A stretch of DNA of 64,000 nt from the IMG/VR virus record IMGVR_UViG_3300021425_002620, one strand, 5' to 3'. Both the position numbers and the translations under genes were made by a program. Shown piece after piece: positions 27,035 through 36,113 of this stretch (the first letter of the stretch is position 1; every line of letters starts with the position of its first letter). The DNA comes from a virus (taxonomy: Duplodnaviria; Caudoviricetes). The notes beneath the pieces are model-generated. The model ran no database searches. It saw nothing but the letters and a program-made list of their open reading frames with translations, and was not told the origin of the DNA.

Positions 27035-27369
27035 TAGTACTCTCCTGACTCTAGTTTTGGCATTTCCTCGTCATAAAGTTTTTCAATGATAGCATCTTCA
27101 TCTTCTTTTGTAAAGACACTTTGCGGATTGGCTGCGACATTAAATTTAGCACAATAATCTTTAATTGCACTTTTTATCATAGGTCTTGTGTTTGCTACAA
27201 AGTTACAATCATTGCCTTTAATGCTTTCGTCTTGCATTTTAACCATACAAGGGTAATAAGACTTGCGATAAAAATTAGGATCGTTTTTCATAAAGACCAT
27301 TAGGTCGTCAGTAACACTAAATGGTAATTCTTTTTCAAACTTTTTGCTAGTAAATTCATCTATACGCAT
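27034..27369 (-). CDS. hypothetical protein
   Basis: Start trimmed to MRIDEF, 1 nt after the upstream stop. Confidence 0.7.
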   Translation of the reverse strand: MRIDEFTSKKFEKELPFSVTDDLMVFMKNDPNFYRKSYYPCMVKMQDESIKGNDCNFVANTRPMIKSAIKDYCAKFNVAANPQSVFTKEDEDAIIEKLYDEEMPKLESGEY

Positions 27370-27370
27370 A

Positions 27371-27940
27371 TTACCACTTCCTACATGACCAGTATCTTGC
27401 TTTTGTTCTTGGACCTGGATTATCACAGTTGTGTCTAGCACGGAATGAACGTCTACGTGCTGGGTTAGACTTTTTAATCTTCATGTTAGGATCGCCAAAG
27501 TTTACTTTTTTTACATTCTTAGTCTTTGGATCTCTAACATATACTTTAAATTTTTTAACATCTCCACGCATAGGTTTACCAAGTTTAACTTTACGTCCTT
27601 GATATTCTGCTTCGTCCATTTCGTCGTCATCATTGTACCACATTACACCATATTCTTCAAAGAAATCATCTCCGTCATATGTTTCTTCAATAATTTCTTC
27701 ATCAAGGTCTGTACTAATTTCTATATCAAAATCGTCAAATCCATTTTCAAACATATAGTTTGCTAGTCTTTCAGCATATTCTTCTGCTTCATCTTCTGAA
27801 AGCTCTCTCGCTAACGGTATTTGATAGGCGCTTGCACCTTGATCTGTTTCAAGTAATTCGTTACCTGGAAAGATAGATTCGTCTAAGTTTTCAGTTATGC
27901 TATCGTCTTTTTCAAATATTACTCTTACAAAATGTTCCAT
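27371..27940 (-). CDS. acidic N-half plus basic Cys/His C-terminal module
   Basis: EAEYQGRKVKLGKP...FRARHNC...ARYWSCRKW. Confidence 0.8.
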   Translation of the reverse strand: MEHFVRVIFEKDDSITENLDESIFPGNELLETDQGASAYQIPLARELSEDEAEEYAERLANYMFENGFDDFDIEISTDLDEEIIEETYDGDDFFEEYGVMWYNDDDEMDEAEYQGRKVKLGKPMRGDVKKFKVYVRDPKTKNVKKVNFGDPNMKIKKSNPARRRSFRARHNCDNPGPRTKARYWSCRKW

Positions 27941-27949
27941 GATATTTCC

Positions 27950-28738
27950 TTATAAGCCTTGGAGTTGTGTTACTAAATCATTTAGTGCATCTGATATACT
28001 TTGTGGATCTGTTTCGTCACCAATAGTTACGCTAAGGGTTGAAAAATCAACACCACTGCCGCCGCCACCTAGTAGTCCTGTATTATCTGTTAGTTCGCTT
28101 ATGTCTGTTGGTACTGTAGGCGCTGTATATTCAAATGTAAATACACCTGTAGTATTATCATATGATAAACTTGCACCAGCATCGGAAGTATCTGTTACAC
28201 TAAGATCAGTTAGTGCAATGCCACCTCCTGCACCAGTTTGATCTGCTACCCACTGGTAATCTGCCCCAGTCCAACTTAGTATTTGACCGCTAGTTGCAGT
28301 GCTTGTATTTAAGAGACTATTTACACTAGAATCTCCATAACTAGCAGCATCAGGATCAACATTTACAAATGAACCACTTGCATTATCAAACGCAAGTATT
28401 TGCCCGTCGCTTACACTAGTAATGTTTACATCTGCTAAATCTTCTAATTGACTAGGAACACTTGGAGCACCTGTTAAGTCTGCATATAGTCCACTAAACA
28501 ATGTAGGTCTATTAAGTAAATTATTATAATCGCCATTAAATGTATTTGCTGTAAGAGCATATACAGAAAGGTCTGGTTTGTTTGTTAGGCTGTTGTAGTC
28601 ACCATCAAAGGATTGAAGGCCACCTAGATTAACATAGACTTCATCAAAATTATCATTTACTTTACTAAATGCTGTGCGGAGACTTTCACCGTCGCCTGCA
28701 TAGTCTGTTGATCCTATATTAATTATTTTTTGTGCCAT
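27950..28738 (-). CDS. virion structural protein with a T4 gp9/gp10-like N-terminus
   Basis: IINIGSTDYAGDGESLRTAFSKVNDNF; three YNxLxNxP-type repeats. Confidence 0.7.
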   Translation of the reverse strand: MAQKIINIGSTDYAGDGESLRTAFSKVNDNFDEVYVNLGGLQSFDGDYNSLTNKPDLSVYALTANTFNGDYNNLLNRPTLFSGLYADLTGAPSVPSQLEDLADVNITSVSDGQILAFDNASGSFVNVDPDAASYGDSSVNSLLNTSTATSGQILSWTGADYQWVADQTGAGGGIALTDLSVTDTSDAGASLSYDNTTGVFTFEYTAPTVPTDISELTDNTGLLGGGGSGVDFSTLSVTIGDETDPQSISDALNDLVTQLQGL

Positions 28739-28749
28739 TCTTTACGTCC

Positions 28750-29172
28750 TTAATAGTTCAACATTATACTGTCAACTGTTCCGTTTGTCCAGTTTCCTAG
28801 TATTGCTCTAACCCAAACATAGTTTCCTACAAAATTATAGTTAGCATTTATATTACTACTAGAATACGAAAGATCAGTTAATGTAATACTTTCTCCTACC
28901 GATATAGCACCTGTTGTATCAACAGTTCCTTGTACACTTGTATTGGTTTGTAATGTAATATCAAACCAATCTCCTTCTGAAGGATCAACTTCTAATGACC
29001 CTTGCATCTTTATCTCTCCAGAAAATCCGTTTAAATTAATTTGGACAGTATGAAATCCGTCTGCACGGCCATAATATCCGTCAGCTTTAAACTTATCTCC
29101 AGTGTATGATTGTACTGTGCTATCATCTGGATGTGTTTGTGTTGGTACTATTGTTTTACTATTATTCGGCAT
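28750..29172 (-). CDS. beta-rich putative structural protein
   Basis: Start trimmed to MPNNSK, 5 nt downstream of a late promoter. Confidence 0.7.
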   Translation of the reverse strand: MPNNSKTIVPTQTHPDDSTVQSYTGDKFKADGYYGRADGFHTVQINLNGFSGEIKMQGSLEVDPSEGDWFDITLQTNTSVQGTVDTTGAISVGESITLTDLSYSSSNINANYNFVGNYVWVRAILGNWTNGTVDSIMLNY

Positions 29173-29176
29173 ACTA

Positions 29177-29845
29177 TTATTTATCAATATCTTGCTTACA
29201 TACTAATTTATCTATTCGCCGAATAGAAGGTGCAATCATTAATTTTATAAGATTTAAAACACGTTCGTCACGAGCATAAAAATAATAATTTGCACAGTGT
29301 AGAGATTCACGAATTGCATCTCTACATACAACACCCATTTTTACTTTATCTTCGTTTTTATCTAACCAAGTGTTAAATCCAGGATCAACATTATAGTCTC
29401 CAAATGTAATTTTATAGTCATAACCAGTATGTTCGTCAACTATAATTGTATTTGGCACAACATGTTTAACAAGTTCTTTAGGCGGCGCCGAAAAACTTAT
29501 AGGATCAGAAATTTTAGTTGCAAATAATAATAACCAAGATTTGTCATTGCTGTATACATGTACACTAGGGTGCTCGATCCTTATTTTATAATCAACATTT
29601 GTATTTTTAAGTTCGTGATATATTGCAACACATTCATAAAATATATGAGGTTCTATAGTAAACTGACGGTAGCCGGTAGATCTAACTAACGGCATACCTT
29701 TTTCTGATCTATGATAAAGTTCGTCTAATACTTCTTTAGCATAATTAAAATTTTTATCTCTAAAAATTGTTGCTAGAGAGTTACGAAAAACAAATTTGTA
29801 AAGATATTTGTTATAGAACAGTTTATTTGATTCAGATTGTAACAA
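29177..29845 (-). CDS. hypothetical protein
   Basis: 222 aa; TTG start overlapping the clpA end. Confidence 0.7.
   Translation of the reverse strand: MLQSESNKLFYNKYLYKFVFRNSLATIFRDKNFNYAKEVLDELYHRSEKGMPLVRSTGYRQFTIEPHIFYECVAIYHELKNTNVDYKIRIEHPSVHVYSNDKSWLLLFATKISDPISFSAPPKELVKHVVPNTIIVDEHTGYDYKITFGDYNVDPGFNTWLDKNEDKVKMGVVCRDAIRESLHCANYYFYARDERVLNLIKLMIAPSIRRIDKLVCKQDIDK
29178..29184 (-). promoter_or_regulatory. late promoter gATAAATA heading the 29172-22493 operon
   Basis: Motif match. Confidence 0.6.
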
Positions 29846-32081
29846 GGGATTCCTCTACACACTCTAGTAATAGACTGTCAGAATCCTCTGTAGTTGTAAC
29901 AGTTACAGTTCCGCCATTTTTCAAATTACCAAACAGTAGTTCTTTTGATAGCGGTCTTTTAATTTCGTTATCAATAACACGCTGTAAAGGTCTTGCACCC
30001 ATTTTAGGATCAAATCCTTTGTCTACTAAGTAGTCGAGTGCTTCATCTGAAACTTTAATATTAACTCCTTTGTCTGTAACCATTTTTCTAAGTTCGACAA
30101 GAAACTTACCAACAATTTTAAGCATAACTTCTTTGTTCAACTTACCAAATGTAATTACACCATCTAGTCTATTTCGAAATTCTGGACTGAAGAACTTTTT
30201 AAGTTCAGTATCTTCGTAGTCTTTTTCAACTTCTTCGTTAAAGCCAATAGCATTTTTGTCTGCATCTTTGGCTCCAAGATTAGTTGTAAGAATCAAAATA
30301 GCATTTCTTGCATCAGCTTCTTTACCATTTGATCCTGTAACTTTACCATTGTCCATAATTTGTAGCAAAATTTGAGAAACATCTGGATGTGCTTTTTCAA
30401 TCTCATCTAATAGCAATACACAATTAGGACTTTCTTGTAATTTTGTAATTAACTGGCCTGCATTGTCTTCAAAACCTACATAACCCGGAGGCGAACCAAT
30501 TAATTTAGCAACTGAATGCTTTTCTTGATATTCACTCATATCAAATCGAACTAATTTAACACCTAGTTGAGTTGATAGTTGCTTTGCAGTTTCTGTTTTA
30601 CCTACACCTGTTGGACCCATAAATACAAATGAACCTACAGGCTTGTCATCAGGTTTCAAACCTGCTTGTGCAACTAGAATTTTATCAACAATATTATCAA
30701 TTGCTTCATCTTGACCGTACACTTCTGCTTTAAGATTTACTTCAAGATTAGCAAGTCCTGAAGTTTCTTTTTCAGCAATGTTTTCAACAGGCATATTAAT
30801 CATTTTAGCCAGTTCGAACTGTACTTCTTCTTCAGTTACTAACTTTTCAACTTCGGGGTCTTTTAGTTTAAATCTTGCACATGCAACATCAATAAGGTCA
30901 ATTGCTTTATCTGGTAACTTTTTATCACTTTGATATTTAATTGATAGTTTGACTGCCGCTTCGATTGCTTGTTCGGTAATACCGGTGCTATGAAATTCTT
31001 CGTAATACTTTTTAATACCACGTAAGATGTCTTTAGTTACTTCCGGAGTTGGCTCGTCGACAGTTACACGTTGGAATCTACGCATCAATGCACGATCCTT
31101 TTCAAAAGTTTTGCGATATTCTTCCCAAGTTGTACTTGCTACAACTTTAATATCACCTTTTGATAGTGCAGGTTTTAGCATATTTGCTAAATCATTTGTT
31201 TTGTCGCCACCACCGGCTCCGGCACCGTTCATCATGTGTGCTTCATCAATGAACATTACAGTCTTGCCTTTTTTCTGTAATGCTTTAATGACAAGTTTTA
31301 AACGTTCTTCAAAATCACCTCTATACTTTGAACCTGCAAGCATTGCGCCGATGTCAAGATTGTATACTTCGTACTCTTGTAGGAACGGAGGAACATTATC
31401 ATTAACAATATTATAAGCAAGGCCTTCAGCAATAGCAGTTTTACCAACACCAGGATCGCCTACAAGGATAACATTGTTTTTATTACGGCGTCCTAATGCC
31501 AAGGCAATACTTTCTAATTCTTCAGCACGACCAATAATTGGATCAATCTTATCTTTATTTGCTTCTTCGTTTAAGTTAGTTGTAAATGCACGTAGAGCTT
31601 TTTGCATTGCTCCAGACATTTCTTCGTCTTCAATTTCGTTTTCAACTTCTGAACTAATATATTCACTAAATGTTTCTTTTGAAACACCTGCCTTTTCAAT
31701 CCAGTAAGTTGCAATAGATTTTTTCTCGTTAAGAACACTTAGAAAAACATCACTTAGTTCTATGTTATTTCTTCCAATAAACAAAACTTGTGTAAAGGCC
31801 CTGTTTAAAACACGCTCAACTGTTTGTGTTTTTTTAGGTTTCCATTTTTTAATCTCAGGATCCATTTTAATATCATCGCACTGAGTTTTTAGATAATTTT
31901 CAAGATTGCTTTTAATAAAAACAGGATCTGCACCATACCCTTTAATAATAGTTTCAAAAGATGAATGACACATTAGAGCAAACACAAGATGCTCTAGTGT
32001 AATATATTCATGATGCAATTTTTGTGCGTCTTTAATAGCCTTTTCAAAGACAAGTTGTAGTTCTTTACTAGGTTCAACCAT
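29832..32081 (-). CDS. clpA: ATP-dependent Clp protease ATP-binding subunit ClpA
   Basis: Clp-N repeat; two AAA modules (GDPGVGKT/FIDEAH and GPTGVGKT/LLDEIEK); no ClpB middle domain; IGF ClpP-docking loop. Confidence 0.95.
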   Translation of the reverse strand: MVEPSKELQLVFEKAIKDAQKLHHEYITLEHLVFALMCHSSFETIIKGYGADPVFIKSNLENYLKTQCDDIKMDPEIKKWKPKKTQTVERVLNRAFTQVLFIGRNNIELSDVFLSVLNEKKSIATYWIEKAGVSKETFSEYISSEVENEIEDEEMSGAMQKALRAFTTNLNEEANKDKIDPIIGRAEELESIALALGRRNKNNVILVGDPGVGKTAIAEGLAYNIVNDNVPPFLQEYEVYNLDIGAMLAGSKYRGDFEERLKLVIKALQKKGKTVMFIDEAHMMNGAGAGGGDKTNDLANMLKPALSKGDIKVVASTTWEEYRKTFEKDRALMRRFQRVTVDEPTPEVTKDILRGIKKYYEEFHSTGITEQAIEAAVKLSIKYQSDKKLPDKAIDLIDVACARFKLKDPEVEKLVTEEEVQFELAKMINMPVENIAEKETSGLANLEVNLKAEVYGQDEAIDNIVDKILVAQAGLKPDDKPVGSFVFMGPTGVGKTETAKQLSTQLGVKLVRFDMSEYQEKHSVAKLIGSPPGYVGFEDNAGQLITKLQESPNCVLLLDEIEKAHPDVSQILLQIMDNGKVTGSNGKEADARNAILILTTNLGAKDADKNAIGFNEEVEKDYEDTELKKFFSPEFRNRLDGVITFGKLNKEVMLKIVGKFLVELRKMVTDKGVNIKVSDEALDYLVDKGFDPKMGARPLQRVIDNEIKRPLSKELLFGNLKNGGTVTVTTTEDSDSLLLECVEESLVTI

Positions 32082-32121
32082 TTATATTTTATTCCTTGAT
32101 TGTAATTTTGTGCATTGTTAA

Positions 32122-32149
32122 ATTATAACACCACTGTATCAAAAGTCAA
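32122..32149 (-). promoter_or_regulatory. sigma70-type promoter for clpA
   Basis: TTGACT-16-TATAAT with TGn. Confidence 0.6.
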
Positions 32150-32990
32150 GATGTATTTTACTTTTTAACTTATTAACTTCGTCAAGTAATTCTCCCTTGT
32201 CGATTCGAGGAACAATCGCTTTCACAATAACAATAGCATTACCTTTTCTTCCGTTTCGCGGGTTTGGCATTCCTTTCCCACGTAGATTAAATTTCGCGCC
32301 TGGATTTGTGCCTGGTGGTATTTTAACATTAAGTGTTGCTCCGTCAAGCATTTTTACATTTACTTGACAGCCTGTCATTAAGTCAAATACACTAACGGAT
32401 TCTTCGCAATATAAGTCGTCGCCTTGTCTTAGCCATTTGTTGTGTTGTTTGATTCTTACTTTAACAAGTAGATCACCTCTAGGTAATCTGTTGTCTCTAT
32501 CATCTCCTAAGTTTGCATATCTAACAGTTTGTCCTGCTTGTACGCCTGCAGGTAATGTAACAGTTACTTGCTCGACCTTACTAGATCCAGTTTGATACTT
32601 TAATGGAACAGTGTGTCCACTAAACGCTTGTTCTAATGTAATGTCAGTAACAATCTGTATGTCTCTATTTGAACGTTGTCGCTGCTGTCCTCCAAATCCT
32701 TGTCCAAAAAATGATGAGAACATATCATTCATGTCAGCACCACCAAACCCAAAAGGATTTTGAGCAAAACCCTGAGGGCCCATCTGTTGTGGATCGTCAG
32801 TGCCATACTGATCGTACATTTGTTTGCGTTCAGAATTACTTAGTGTCTGATATGCTTGATTTATTTCTTTGAATTTAACTTCATCACCCCCACGATCAGG
32901 ATGATGTTTCATAGACATTTTTTTGTATGCCTTACGAATTTCGTCTTGAGACGCTGTTTTGTTGATTCCGAGTGTGTTGTAGTAGTCCAT
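32139..32990 (-). CDS. dnaJ: class II J-domain protein (DnaJ/CbpA-like)
   Basis: HPD motif, G/F-rich linker, DnaJ C-terminal domain; no zinc fingers. Confidence 0.93.
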   Translation of the reverse strand: MDYYNTLGINKTASQDEIRKAYKKMSMKHHPDRGGDEVKFKEINQAYQTLSNSERKQMYDQYGTDDPQQMGPQGFAQNPFGFGGADMNDMFSSFFGQGFGGQQRQRSNRDIQIVTDITLEQAFSGHTVPLKYQTGSSKVEQVTVTLPAGVQAGQTVRYANLGDDRDNRLPRGDLLVKVRIKQHNKWLRQGDDLYCEESVSVFDLMTGCQVNVKMLDGATLNVKIPPGTNPGAKFNLRGKGMPNPRNGRKGNAIVIVKAIVPRIDKGELLDEVNKLKSKIHLDF

Positions 32991-33022
32991 ACAATTACTT
33001 ATCGCATGGACTACTTAGTGTT

Positions 33023-33355
33023 TTATTTTTTGGCAAGAGCCTCTTTGCCATAAAATGCTGCTACAATCGCTGCTACTGATACAAAATATGTAGGAGCCAT
33101 ATCCCCTAAAATTTTACCAGCATTTTCTAATCCAATTAGACTTGCAACAACTACTGCAAACGGATACAGTAGCATACCAAAGAGTGCAAACCATGCCATG
33201 TTGCGTTGTGCATCACGCATTGCATCTTCGTCTTCCATACGCTTCCGCTTAAACTCTAAATCAAGTTCCATTTCTTCTTTAGAAATATGTCCGTCACCGT
33301 TAGTATCTTTTGCTAAAAGTTCTGCGTCAACTGTAACTGTTTTCTTTTCTGCCAT
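33023..33355 (-). CDS. two-TM holin candidate with an N-terminal EF-hand loop
   Basis: DTNGDGHISKEE plus two hydrophobic helices, at the end of the lysis cassette. Confidence 0.6.
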   Translation of the reverse strand: MAEKKTVTVDAELLAKDTNGDGHISKEEMELDLEFKRKRMEDEDAMRDAQRNMAWFALFGMLLYPFAVVVASLIGLENAGKILGDMAPTYFVSVAAIVAAFYGKEALAKK

Positions 33356-33356
33356 T

Positions 33357-33716
33357 TTACTTTTTCCCCTCTAGTTTTTTAATTCGAGCATCGAGCTCTG
33401 GCCATACATCAAACTCGTGAAGCTCTTTGCATGGATGGCTGTTCTTTTCAAGTGCAATAAGTCTTGCTTCGATTTCATCAATCTTTGCAGTTATTTTAGG
33501 ATACTTTACACGCCACGCATTTGGATCATTTTGGAACCAAGTCCACCCCCAACGTATTGCTAAGTATTCTAATGTTGCATCAAATTTTTGTACAGCCCAT
33601 GTAGCCATTCTTGTATCTTTAAACCAGAACAAAAATGCTGCTCCAAATAGCGAACCTGCTATAGCTGTATAAATCCATAGACGATCACTCGCCATTTGTT
33701 GTATCATGTCCCACAT
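33357..33716 (-). CDS. membrane protein (holin/antiholin candidate)
   Basis: N-terminal TM helix and coiled coil; late promoter TATAAATA upstream. Confidence 0.65.
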   Translation of the reverse strand: MWDMIQQMASDRLWIYTAIAGSLFGAAFLFWFKDTRMATWAVQKFDATLEYLAIRWGWTWFQNDPNAWRVKYPKITAKIDEIEARLIALEKNSHPCKELHEFDVWPELDARIKKLEGKK

Positions 33717-33742
33717 AAAAAGCCCTCACATTCTATATATTG

Positions 33743-33750
33743 TATTTATA
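33743..33750 (-). promoter_or_regulatory. perfect T4 late promoter TATAAATA
   Basis: Exact octamer overlapping the upstream stop. Confidence 0.65.
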
Positions 33751-34264
33751 TAATATGACGTCTTACGCCAATAGAATAACTAGCACGATACATAACTACA
33801 CTAACTTTATTACTTTGATTCCCTCCAAGAATCCACCAATGTTCTACACCATTAATTTCTTGTTTGCGTAAAAAGAATCCAACATGTCCTTGCCAAGGAA
33901 TATTACCTCGAGGAAATATAACTATATCTCCTGGTTTAATTTTAGATCGTTCTATTGCTGTACCCCAATCTAAAAAAGCTCTTGCTGTAAGGGGATATCT
34001 GTGCGATCTATTACTAGGTATATTACTTTCTTCTAGTACACTATTAACAAAGGCAGCACACCATTCGGTACGCACTGGATCAACGCCAGTAAAATCTCGT
34101 AATTCTGCTCTGTGAGTTTGTTCTGTGTAACCTAAATAGCTCGCTGCTTTAAAAGCAGGATTACTTGTAGGTAAAATGATTTGATTTGGTTTTATTTCTC
34201 TAGGGTTTTCTGCTTGACATGCAGAAATTAAAGTCGCTAGAATAGCTATGAATATTGCCCTCAT
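33746..34264 (-). CDS. TIGR02594-like CHAP/NlpC-type peptidoglycan hydrolase, lipoprotein
   Basis: Lipobox LISAC; WCAAFV, PGDIVIF, GHVGF and LGGNQ motifs. Confidence 0.8.
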   Translation of the reverse strand: MRAIFIAILATLISACQAENPREIKPNQIILPTSNPAFKAASYLGYTEQTHRAELRDFTGVDPVRTEWCAAFVNSVLEESNIPSNRSHRYPLTARAFLDWGTAIERSKIKPGDIVIFPRGNIPWQGHVGFFLRKQEINGVEHWWILGGNQSNKVSVVMYRASYSIGVRRHII

Positions 34265-34273
34265 TTTCTTTCC

Positions 34274-34729
34274 TTAATTTCTAAATGGATTTAGTGATTC
34301 TAATATTGAAGGCTCTTCTATATTCTGCTGTGCTTCTACTTGTTCTTTAGCACCTTCAATATTTGCATTTGCTTTATCTAATGCTTCTTCTGATTCTTGA
34401 TAGTAACGTTTGTATGCAGCAATAATTGCTTTTTGTTGTTGCAGTAGTGCCATTACGTCACTTAGATTCAAAGATAATGTTTCATAACCGTCGTCAGTTA
34501 ACCCAATAAGAACAGGATCTTTTCTTGACCTTTCTAATTCGGCAAAAACTTCTTCAGCGTTTTCTCTTGTAATAAGAACAAACTCAACATCTCTTAGATT
34601 TAATTTTTGTGCATCTGGCAAAATTAGTTGAGGTTTGTCAACTGGCTTTGCTGATACTTCAATACGTTGTGGCATAGAAGAACAACCACTTACTATCATA
34701 ATTGTGATTATGAGTGCTAGATATCTCAT
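34274..34729 (-). CDS. o-spanin-like lipoprotein
   Basis: Lipobox VSGC; ATGA overlap with the upstream i-spanin; coiled coil. Confidence 0.7.
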   Translation of the reverse strand: MRYLALIITIMIVSGCSSMPQRIEVSAKPVDKPQLILPDAQKLNLRDVEFVLITRENAEEVFAELERSRKDPVLIGLTDDGYETLSLNLSDVMALLQQQKAIIAAYKRYYQESEEALDKANANIEGAKEQVEAQQNIEEPSILESLNPFRN

Positions 34730-35223
34730 AGGTTTTTCCTCTTCCATGCTTCGGATTGAATATCCGGATTAAAGTTTGGATTAGCGTCTCTCCAACATTC
34801 TGGATTAATTTCGCTAGGTTTAGTTGCAGCTAATTCAGATTCTAATAATGGACTTCCACTTATTATTTCTAAACATCTTAGAACATTATTTGATGCGTTG
34901 TTAAGAACTTTTTGTGTTGCTTCAGTTCTTGAAACTGCTGCTGCTCCTATGTCGTGCCTTGATAATCTGTTTTCTAGTGCCTTATTTCTGTCATTAATTG
35001 CAGCAAAGTCATTTTGAAGTTTTTCGTTCTCAACTATCATTGCTGCAAAATCAGACTGCAAACTAGAAACAGTTTCTTCGCTTATAGCTACTGCCGTTTC
35101 TAGCTTTGCGTTGTTTTCATTAAGGATTTTCATACGTTCTTGTGTATCATTATAATACCAGCCAAACGCCGTCGCGGTTAGAAGTGTAACTATAAACATC
35201 ACCCCTGCCAATTTCATACCCAT
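34726..35223 (-). CDS. i-spanin-like protein
   Basis: N-terminal TM, long coiled coil and C-terminal Cys pair; follows the endolysin. Confidence 0.7.
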   Translation of the reverse strand: MGMKLAGVMFIVTLLTATAFGWYYNDTQERMKILNENNAKLETAVAISEETVSSLQSDFAAMIVENEKLQNDFAAINDRNKALENRLSRHDIGAAAVSRTEATQKVLNNASNNVLRCLEIISGSPLLESELAATKPSEINPECWRDANPNFNPDIQSEAWKRKNL

Positions 35224-35227
35224 AATG

Positions 35228-36103
35228 TTAGTCTCCTAAGAGAACTCCTAAAGTTGCTGGACCAGCAATACCGTCAGCAGTTAAGCCATTGGCTGCTTGC
35301 CACTCTTTAAGTGTTCTTTCAGTACCTGGACCAAATATACCATCAGCCCCAATACCAAGTGCTTCTTGCATTAGTTTAACACCTTCGCCTCTAGCACCTT
35401 TACGTAGTACTCCGATATCGTCAATGATATCTTCAATGTCATCATCGTCAGCTGCAAGTGCTTCAGCATCCATACCCAACACTTTGAGTGCATGTGTATA
35501 ACGCTTTTGACGATCTTCTAGTCCAATTGAACCACCATTAATAATCTTAGTCATACGTTTTACGTCATCGCCATCTGCAATGTCGTTTAAATTTTTATTG
35601 TCCCAGAACCAGCAAGCTGATTCAATAGCACCTGCTGGAGTTGCTACATATTCTGCTGCTTCTTCTGCTGTCATACCAATGCTTGCACCAAACCGTGTAT
35701 AGTTTTCGCGTCCTGTTAACTGCTTCAAACCACGACCACGGAATCTCCAACCGTCGCCTTCTTCTACGTTGCCCATTTTGTATTTACGAAACTCGTCCAT
35801 ATATACATAGTTTGCAATCATTTCTGGGTTACGTGCATATTCGGCTGCATCACGCTTAGGCGGTGCGCCAAAATATCTACCAAAAACTGCATTAAGTGCT
35901 TTTTCGCTATAGTTAAGATTTTCTTCTAGTCTTTTAAATCCGCCGCTTTCGTGGGCGCATTGGCTTAAGAAGTGTGCAACTCTGCGCTCTGTTGTAATAC
36001 CATATTTAGGTAGTAGTTCGCATAATGCATCATACCAATCGTCTGCGTCAGCAGAGATGATTTCTCCAAGATGTTCCTTGGTAAAGTCAAATTCAAAACT
36101 CAT
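35228..36103 (-). CDS. GH19 endolysin with a C-terminal peptidoglycan-binding domain
   Basis: FLSQCAHESG, FRGRGLKQLTGRENY, SACWFW and INGG; PG-binding ADGIFGPGT/ADGIAGPAT. Start set at MSFEF. Confidence 0.92.
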   Translation of the reverse strand: MSFEFDFTKEHLGEIISADADDWYDALCELLPKYGITTERRVAHFLSQCAHESGGFKRLEENLNYSEKALNAVFGRYFGAPPKRDAAEYARNPEMIANYVYMDEFRKYKMGNVEEGDGWRFRGRGLKQLTGRENYTRFGASIGMTAEEAAEYVATPAGAIESACWFWDNKNLNDIADGDDVKRMTKIINGGSIGLEDRQKRYTHALKVLGMDAEALAADDDDIEDIIDDIGVLRKGARGEGVKLMQEALGIGADGIFGPGTERTLKEWQAANGLTADGIAGPATLGVLLGD

Positions 36104-36113
36104 ATTTCTTCCT

